Below, piece by piece: positions 54,771 to 64,000 of a DNA stretch of 64,000 bases. The position numbers and the translations under genes were made by a program. Each line of letters begins with the position of its first letter. The stretch's first letter is position 1. The stretch is taken from contig JBITNC010000001.1 in assembly GCA_050084985.1 (NCBI GenBank), positions 70,308,001 through 70,372,000 on the forward strand. The letters are read 5' to 3'. The stretch is from Nageia nagi (Eukaryota; Plantae; Pinophyta). The notes below the pieces were generated by a model. That model saw only the letters and a list, made by a program, of their open reading frames with translations, did no database searches and was not told where the DNA came from.

Positions 54771-56345
54771 TTGGAGAAAGACTAAATTAATTTTTTTCTC
54801 AAAGTCAAGTGGAATTCATTAGCTGTCATAGTTAATTCAGTTTGCAAGTCTAGTGAAATTCATTAGCTTTACACTTTCTCCAGGTCAAATCTTCTCCACA
54901 TAGCCGAATTGACCGTGAAGAGGTAGAAAGGAGATTTCATATTGTTTGTTTGATGGACAGTCTAAATTTTATTGACTGTTTTCACATTTCTGTACTGACT
55001 AAAATGATACGTTTATGTTGAAGTTTCAAATTATCTACATTGTGATGGAGTCTTGGAATCATTACTTTACACAGTTTTGCAGGAGTTTTGCAGGCACACA
55101 TAGAGTGCCACCACTCTAGAGTGCAATACTCAAGGTCTGATTTGCACCTGGTCTTTAACCACGCTATGTGCTCTCTCTCAGTTCCATGTTCCTCTTAACC
55201 ATGGAATCCTTTGTTCTACGGGCAAATTCTCTCCTACCACTCTCTACATCTGCTTCCCCAACCATCTAGTTCCATGCTTACCTGTGTTTAGGATTTACTA
55301 TCTTTGCCTCCAATATTCCAAGCAAATCCCTACTGCACTCCACTATCCTTTATTCCTAATAAGGGCCGACAACCTGATCCTTTCTTAACACCTCTCTTTC
55401 CTTCTGTATGCTCTAATTTTCTACTCTGTCCTAAGCTATTGATTTGTTAAACTAGGTCTTCTATTTATATTTTCTCTAATGTCTGCACTGTAACAAATGA
55501 GCCATGTTGGTTGACATCAGCAGGTTTAATGGTTTTCCTGTTTGATGTTCCTTTGCTACGTTTGTTTATTGTCGTCTCGTAAGACATACACAAGAATCTT
55601 GCTCATGTCCTACCCATTCAACACAAACTCCTTCTCTTGGCTCCCCCTGTCCTAAGTCATTGGTGCGACATTGAGCGATGGAGTCCTCCCCTTTTCACTT
55701 TATCACTCATACCCACTTAGAGGTGATCGCAAAATTTCAAAAATTTTAAAAATCCATGTGTGTTTCCTTTGCTTCGGTTGGTGCTCCTGCATCCAACGAT
55801 CAGTGTACAAAGTCAATGTGAGCACATTTGTGTGAGATTCTTCATTTTAAATCTTCTTCTCTTCCAATCTTGTTCTTTTCTTTTGGGACTTCCGATCCAA
55901 TTGTTTTCTTGATTCTCCTATCTTCAATCTTTCTCCATCTTTACGAGCCTTTGATGTAATCCTCTTTTTACAACTTTGCCCAATCGTGTTGGAGAAACTC
56001 CTCCAAAAAATAGGTTCCATTATCCATCTCTCCTTGAAAGTATTCCTCGCCTTTAGCTTCTCCTTCCATGGGTTGTGGTCCATAGTTCCCCATTTGTCTC
56101 TTCCTCTTCAATCATAATAGTTGTACCAAACAAGGTCAAGGCCTTTTCTGACCTGAACTTTTCCTTCTCTTTCTTTGCTTGGTTATCCACATGTTTATCC
56201 ATGTTTTCCATTTCTTTCATGGATTGTTTGTCCATGCACTTCTTGGCTTCCTTTTGGACACCCATGTGGCTGTCCTTGTACTCCAAGACCACACTTAAGG
56301 GATATTCTCTATCCTCTTCACTGGTTACCTCTTTAAGTTTTCTTG

Positions 56346-59300
56346 TGATGCAAGAGCATCACTTGGTAATCCATCATTTCAATCCCTTGTGTGGGCATTT
56401 GCGAACATCACGTTCCAACTGATCATTCAGGCACTTCGTGGAACAATCAGCATGCTTCATCAATTCACTCATTCAACGCATACCCAGCAATCAATACATT
56501 CCAGCCCTTTTGTCAAATAGTTGGCGAGCATCACCTGCTTCGCCAAGATTGATGGAAATAAAGAAGAAAGGTAGTCGGCAGCAATAAAGAACGGAGGTAG
56601 TCGGCAACAATCAAGGAACTGAGAATCCAAGGATTTCTAGAAGGGAAGAAAATTTGAAACGAATCTTCATTGTAATAACAACTCATTGAATAAAGAGGCA
56701 TAGGGGTGTAATGTACCCATTTTTGTGTTGTAATGTTTCATTTTGTTAGTCGTGTAGTTCCCACTCTTTGTAATAAAATGTAATGCAAAAATAAGAAGGT
56801 GATGTGGGACGTCCCCTTTTGTGACTGTATTAGGAGTTTATTTGTGCAATAACCCAAGTTATGTTGTATAATAAAGTGGCCCCCCTCAACGAAGAATTAG
56901 ACTGTTGTCTATAAAGGGGAAATGTGCGTCCCATTTTGGCATTGGGTATGTTATTATTTTGTGAATTTGGAGTTGTGGGCTGAACCCCAACACACTCTTG
57001 TGAGATTTAGGTGGTGCTCCCTAGGTTTGCAGGAGAAACCAGGCTTGTGGCAAGGTGATGTGCTCTTTTGCATGACTGGAAAGTGTTGGATCCGCCTTAG
57101 GATTCACATTGGAGCTTATTTTACAGAGTTTTCAGGATATGCAGGTCATTGGAGTGAGACATCCCACTTTGGGAGTATATTTTGTGGTGAATCTTTCCTT
57201 AAGAGAAGGACGTCCAACTTTGGAGTCCACTTTTGGGTTGTTTTGTGATTAGAATTGTGTTGTTTGGTCCAGATCTGACATTTGGTATTTGCACAAATAT
57301 TTTAATAAGTTTGTGTAGACAAATCTGCCATTTTGGGGTGTTTTGTGCATATTTTCTGTATGATTTTCAGATCTGAATATTGCTGGTAAATTGCAGAATT
57401 TTAGTTAGGGTTTTTACAAGAGGAGTGGTAAGGAGGACAAAATTGGGAAACATGGGCAAAACGATATGGGACTGGAGGAAAGTCTTTCAGTGCAATTCCT
57501 AGGATGACGTCCAAGAATTCAAAGGGCCTACAAATCAATTCATTTTTCTGCAAAGGTGATCAAGTTGAAAGTCAAAGTTTCATTGTTGTGCTCTTCGATG
57601 GTTATCAAGAAGGGCTGAAAGTGTTTTTTTCGTCATGTGTTTGCAAACATGAAACAATGTCGTCTTGACGACAGTCTCGTGTGTAGAAGTGATGTAAAAC
57701 TGGTAATGAAAGCAAACAATTTTGTCCTGGAGTCCCCTACAGTTCATCTAGGTGATAACATTATGTTGAATGCCCTTTATCCATTGTGTAGGTGTTAGAA
57801 ACATAGAGAAGATGTTAATATCTATTACCTATTATCAAATGCATGCAATATGAGAGATTTGTGATAACGTTTTGGGTTGATTGGTTCATGCCTGTCTCAT
57901 CATCTGTCAATTCTTGTGTGGTATTAAGTTTGGGGGCATCCACTCTTTCTTGACTGCGTCAAATGGTGTCAGATCATTGTGTTTTTCCTTGGAGATTCAT
58001 GGTCGTTTTTTGTCTGAGGGTTTGGTTAGAAAGTATCTGTCTTAGAGTCTTGTGGATGTAAGAGGGTGTAGTGGAGTTTTGGTTGGCTGCAGTGAATAGT
58101 CTTTGAGAAGATATTGCTGAGCAACACTGCCTCACACATGAACATGCCATGGAGATCTAGAAGCACAGAGGAGAGCTAGGATGCCAATATGAGCATATTT
58201 GGACCAGTTTACTATATTGAAGAGCATGCAATATTCGGATGCCCGACTTTGTGCAATTGAAGAGCACAAGTTGGTTGTGGATGCTGCGGTGGCAAGGAGC
58301 CTCTATAAAGACTTCAAGCATGTTGCAGAGATTCTACAAAGCCAGATATGCATAGAAGCTAGCCATTTGAAACCTGCTGCTGAGGTGGAGGTAGAGGTTG
58401 TATACTACCATCAAAATGGAGTTGTGCCTTGTGTTGAAGACCCATTAGATAGGACACCAACAATGATGAATCTTGTTGGAGTGTTCCTGAGTGGGGCTAC
58501 TCAGAAGATTCAGTCAGTGAATTGCGAGGTCCTTGTAGAACGCACAAATGTAGTTTTATAGACTCAGACGCAACTCCTTGGGATAGACTATAACATTGAA
58601 GTCCCTCATGTGGAGGCAATGCATGTTGAGGGATGTATATCCAAAGGTAGATGATGGAAAAGCAACATTCATGGAGGAGTGTTGGCTTGGAGACCACTCA
58701 ATTGGAGGGGGCGGATGTCTTTAGAAAGCAAACCTTGAAGATCTTGTAGAGGAGACATCATTCAATGTTCAATGGGGTGACTACCAAACCATCGGAGCTA
58801 AAGAAATGAAGGTTGTAAGCCTTGCGTTTGAAGACCACCTAGTTGGAGTGGTTATTGTTTTGTGTGTTAAAGAAAAAAGTGAAGCTTTGTAGGGGCATCA
58901 CTTGGGAATCCATCATTTCAATCCCTCGTGTGGTTATTTGCAAATATCACGTTCCAACTGATCATCCAAGCATTTCATGGAATAGTCAACATGCCTCACC
59001 AATTCACTCATTCAACGCACACCTAGCAATCAATACATTCTAGCCATTTTGTCAAACAGTTGGTGATCATCACCCGCTTCGCTAGGATCGATAGCAATAA
59101 AGAATGAAGGTAGTCGGCAGCAATCAAGGAATCAAGAATCCAAGGATTCCGAGAGGGGGAAAATATTTGAAACGACTCTTCATTGTGATAACAACTCATC
59201 GAATAAAAAGGCATAGAGGAGTGGTAAGGAGGACATAATTGGGAGAGGTGGGTGGTAATCAACATGGGCAAAACGACATCAAACTGGAGGAAGGTCTTTT

Positions 59301-59800
59301 GGTGCATTTCCTAGGATGACATCGAAGAATTGAAAGGGCCGACAAATCAATTCATTTTGCTGCAAAAGTAATCAAGTTGCAAGTCAGAGTTTCATTGTTG
59401 TGCTCTCAGATGGCATTAGGAAGGGCTGAAAGTGTTTGTTCCATCGTGTGTCTTCAAACCTGAAACAATGTGGCCTTGAAAACAGTCTAGTGTGCAGAAG
59501 GTGATATAACTTTGGTAATGAAAGCAAACTTTGTTTTCTTGGTGTGTTTTTCGAAAGAAATAGTTCCTTGCAGTTCATCTAGGTTATAACATTTTGTTGA
59601 AGGTCTATTGAGGCAGGGCATGTGCATTTTATCCACTGCGTAGGTGTTAGAAACATAGAGAAGATGTTAATACCTATTACTTGTGCTATATGAGAAATTT
59701 GTGATAACTTTTTGGGTTGATTGGTTCATGTTTGTCTCATTATTTGTCAATTACCGTGTGATATTAAGTTTGGAGCCTCCATTCATTCCTGACTACATCA
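56346..59800 (+). mobile_element. Small non-autonomous LTR element (~0.9-kb LTRs, ~0.9-kb interior)
   Basis: Direct repeats 56346-57961 (interrupted) and ~58885-59800, both ending TCA; PBS-like AATGGTGTCAGA at 57962; purine tract before 58885; perfect TSD TCTTG. Confidence 0.8.
56707..57418 (+). mobile_element. Solo LTR inside the 5' LTR of the small element
   Basis: TGTAATG...TTTTTACA; TSD AGGGG/AGAGG; the uninterrupted copy near 59215 reads AGAGG once. Confidence 0.85.
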
Positions 59801-61339
59801 TCTTGGAATAGTTCAGAGTCTTAATAGGGAATTACCTTTTCTGGGTCAATTCCCATCTTGATCTTCTTCAAGAGATCATCTTCTCTATCTTCCTATGCTC
59901 TTGAGGTGCCTTTATCTTTTGCACCCTCATCTTCTTTTATGACCTCTACCAATAGGCCATATGCTCCTTTCATCATGGCTTCTGTAAGTGTGGTGTACTA
60001 TGTTCTTCTCCTTGGCCATCCTTACACCAATTTTGCAAGGTACATTGACATGCTTTTCTTTGTTTCTTATGGATTCCTCTATTATTTTCCTTTCATTATC
60101 CTCTATTATTGGCTGTTCTCCCAACTATTCTCCTTTACAAATCGCTGCTACATACAACCTTCTTTTCTTACTTGAGAGGCCAAAGTTGCACCCACTTCTT
60201 TAGTTGCCACAACAACATCTATCTCTTCTCTCTCAAGGACGTTTTACTTGTCATCCTTTATTTGCTCAACTACTCTGCTATCTCTTCTTCCAACTTGGGC
60301 AGCCTCAACAACTCTCCAATTTTAGGCAGACAAATTTTGTAGTCCTTCCCATTCACTTTGGTTCATCGATTTTTTGGCTGCTTCCAGATTGCTAAATCTC
60401 TCATTGTGCATTTTCTTGTATTTTGAGGTCTCCTCGTAGACCTCATCCACTTCAAATGTATCTTCTTCACTAGTTACCACCTCCAGAGGCAAACTTCTTT
60501 CGACTCCCTATTCCTTAAGGGAGCTATCCTCACTTTTGCCTTCATCTTCTGGTAGACCCACTTCAAATTTTTCTTTAGAGATGCTTTCCTTGGTTTCTCT
60601 ACTCCATAGCCGCATCTTCTCCATTAGATGGTTGTATTGGTACCTTATGCTCCTAAGAGCATCCTCCTATTGTTCATCTAGTTCCTTATGCTCCTCAAGC
60701 ATCCTCCTACTTTTCATCTGGAAACTCCTTCCTATCATCTGCAAATACTTTTTTCTCTCTTTTCTGCTAGGATCATCAAGCTTCTCATTTGCTTCAACAG
60801 TCTTCACGTTTACTGGGCTATACCATCACCTCTAACAACATAGAAATTATCTTGTCTGATATCTTCATTGGCTTCCTTCTTTTTCTTGATCTCACGCAGA
60901 TGCTCACAAGCTTACTTCACCTTATGGGGTCCTCGTGCATTTCATTCCTCAAATAGGACCTATATGTTCATAACCCATTGCAAAAATTTCTTTGGGCTCT
61001 CTGTTCCCGAAATTGTCAAGTCCTTTTTGTTCTTCAACTTTTCTTCTTCTTCTTTCTAATGCTTCTATTCTAACTGCTATCTCATGCAGCATCTCAGGTT
61101 TCTTAGCCATCTTCTCACCCTATCTCTTTTCAAGCATCTCTAATATTTTCTCTGCCATTTCTACCTTACTAGTGGTGCATGGCTTTCCTCTTGATGCCTT
61201 GTCTTCTCACAAGATGTTGGCTATCAACAAGAAGTCTATGCAGGTCTTTAGCTTTTCACAACAGGTTTTCATTTCCATTGGCCTTATCCTTTCTCCACAA
61301 GATCATTGTTCCTTATCCTTGATATCTCAGTCTCTGCAC

Positions 61340-62118
61340 AGGTGAGAAACAGGGTGGACTTGAATAAGAGATTTAGAGTGGAGATTGAGATTTACAATTT
61401 GAATTTGGAGGTCCAGCAGGAAGAATGTGAGCACAACAAATCCATTTCAGCCTCTGGAAAAACAACCCATTGTGTAGCAAAAGACCAATTCAGGGAGGAA
61501 AAGGAATTGAATGCTACAGATTCCCTGGGCATTTAGATTGATCCAAAGATGACATCCGATATTGGGGAAGCAGAAACTTAGACCCCTGTTCACAAGGAAA
61601 GATCGAATACAATATATACCAATCATCAAGGCAGTCCAGGGATAGGGCTATGGAAACTGTGAAGAGATCTTCTGATCCTTGCCTTAAAACAACCCCTGAA
61701 AGATTGAGTGACAACTATGACATATTTACAGAAGGTTCCCATTATTATCTCAGAAGTTTAAAATGTAAAAATACCTTCACTGGCATCTACAATTTGGAGG
61801 ATGAAGCTTTGCATCTATCAAAAGGGAGTCCTGGAAATAAAACGCAGCAGAAACACTCGCTATAGTAAGCTTCTCTTTTGATTCAGGTTTTGAACATAAC
61901 TATCTTGGACAATTTGTTATGGCTGGATGGTGACTGTAGCATGATGGAAACTCAGAGCCAGGACAATGTTTTGGCTTATAAAGGCAAACAGTAGATGTTA
62001 GATATGAGATGTGAATTATAATATTTTGAAAATCCTAGAAAATGGAATATGTAAAGACAGGTTTTGGGTTCCTGTATAAAAAACCACCTTTAAATAAATT
62101 TACTGCTGACAAAAAAAA
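61340..62118 (+). mobile_element. Probable LINE 3' remnant (RNase H-like traces, A-tail)
   Basis: SKGSPG (cf. SKGNPG) and LWLDGDC (cf. xEGDS) motifs; AATAAA followed by A8 at ~62094-62118. Confidence 0.4.
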
Positions 62119-64000
62119 TAAGTCTCTAGTGCCCAATAAAATCTATTGTGGTCAAAGGAAGGATTTATGCTATTTTAGTCTGTTGGCCTTACTTTTTACC
62201 TGAACAACCATATGTATATAGAGTTGGATGTTATACTCTCGACATAAGCAGAGTAATGCATATAGGGTGGAACTAAACATATTTCCTAATGTTCTTGTTT
62301 TTTCCTATTGTGATGAACCAAAGCTGTTCCCAAAATGTTTACTACAAGGATACATAATTGAATGTAAATTATTCTGTATTGTTTCCAAAATTTTTAGATG
62401 ACTGTTTATTAGAATATTTTACATAATCAGTTATCAAAGTTAAGGATTTTTATGCTTTTCGCAAAGTAATCTTTTTGTAGATAAACTCTTATTCTGCATG
62501 CTTGACTCATAGTTTTGGAGTCCCATTTTACCTAGGAGAGCTATGGAGAACTCCATAGTGAGTTGAGCATTGGAACAAATATCTTACAAAATATGTGTCT
62601 TCAACCCTCAAATGTGACAATTCAACATTCCTATATACATTCAAACAAAACTATTCACATAGAATGATATCAAAAACCGTATTAGGAAGTTCACGAACAT
62701 AAAGCTAAAGAAATTGCGTATTATAATTCTGAAATGCATAGGAACGTGCTATCCGTATCCCACATTTTCAGCAACAATTTGACCTTGTACTTGAACATGG
62801 CTTCATATTTGTGTGGATTGATTACTTATTTCATGTTATTGGTCCTGAAATCACTCTTAAGGTGGGTGTTGGGATTTATGGTTTGCCTTTTGGATCTCCC
62901 ATTTGGATTTCGGTTTGAGTTTACCCAGATGTGCATTGGATAAAGGTCCTAAGTTTGGGATCATGGTGTTGTTGAACCAAACTATTTGTTATTACCTTGG
63001 TCCCATCTTTGTTTAATGTTCATCGTTGGGGATTCTAGAGGTCATATAAGCACAACCCTATCTTCCATATGCACCATCATTATGCAAATTATTATTGTGA
63101 CAATCAATTCACTCTAATCTGATCTTTCCATTTGTTACACTTAAGTTAAGGATTCTTTTGCATGATGCATATCTTCTTGATCTGTTGTTGATATTGGGAG
63201 TGTTAGTAGGAGTTTTCATTGATGCTGCTAAAATGTTCTTAAATGAGGTGTGTAACTTTTAATTGTTTTTGTGTTGCTATTGTATTGTTCTTGTCTTTGC
63301 ACTTATGCTAAAGTTATTCATCTTCAGTCCTTTGGGCAAGTAAATGTTTATACAAATCATTTCAGATGTTTAATCAACTGAGCAGAATTGATTAAAGAGT
63401 CCATGTCCGTAATGATTTATGAATAAGCAATCTGCAAGATCATTGAATGGCATATCACCAAGCGATATATGTACTTTTTTTACACCTTCGTGTCTAATTC
63501 CTAAAAGCACTTTCATAACAGATCTGTGTAAAGCATGTTGATCTTGTATATATACACTTTGTTCTATGCCTTATTTCTGCCACATTCTCTGCATTGAATA
63601 TAAGAAATGCTTGGTGCATGTATTCATTTGCAGCAATCTAATTGGAAAACTATTGAATAAATTAAGGAACCATAAATACAATATGGTTTTGATGAGGAGG
63701 ATTCTGCTGGAAACATCATTTCTACTCGCAATACTATAATTTCTCAGTAGAGGCATATTGATGTCTGCAAATATCAAAGGACCAAACGTATTAGGGAAAA
63801 TGACAAACAATCGTCCCAAAGTTTCCATAACATTCAAGTGTATTTACTATGCCATAGGGAGTAAATAGAGTGAACTTCTGAGCAGGTGAGTGCACAATAT
63901 TTGTACAAATGGAGTTCTTTCAACTTTGCTGCCCTGTTTCCTCATTTTATGTGCAATGTTGTACCCATAGTTGCTTGATGCCTTTAATGCTCTGAGCATT

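Larger units (their letters stand above)
55850..61330 (-). pseudogene. Unidentified decayed K/E-rich retroelement-like ORF, interrupted by the 56346-59800 insertion
   Basis: Purine-rich minus strand; reading is continuous across the TCTTG TSD (..LNYSK|KLKEVTSEED). Family not recognised. Confidence 0.35.

Noticed and set aside
63633-63885. Exon-like segment (CAG|...|GTGAG)
   Set aside because: Several in-frame stops and no recognisable domain; could be a pseudo-exon or non-coding exon but cannot be supported.

Overview
AT-rich, CpG-depleted plant nuclear DNA; the TE families and decay pattern suggest a gymnosperm (inference). It is mostly a nested transposon pile and I found no intact host gene. 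From left to right: a decayed L1 LINE; a ~31.6-kb Tat/Ogre-like Gypsy (~2744-34363) holding a Copia (9902-24178, itself carrying two solo LTRs and a 5.2-kb non-autonomous LTR element) and a 7.7-kb TSD-flanked insert with its own large ORF and a 183-bp repeat array; an ~18-kb TIR-bounded Mutator-like element (~35035-53168) with a spliced SWIM/MULE transposase, a second cargo gene (C2H2 finger plus a domain homologous to the C-terminus of plant NT-C2 proteins), a CpG-retaining repeat array and a young Tnt1-like Copia insertion; a CpG-rich patch followed by a fold-back hairpin made of LRR coding sequence beside an LRR receptor pseudogene; then a small non-autonomous LTR element and LINE-like debris. 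Best candidates for new biology are the LRR-derived hairpin (possible young miRNA/siRNA locus), the two-gene MULE, and the ORF-bearing giant solo-LTR-like insert. All homologies were recognised by eye from motifs; no searches were run.
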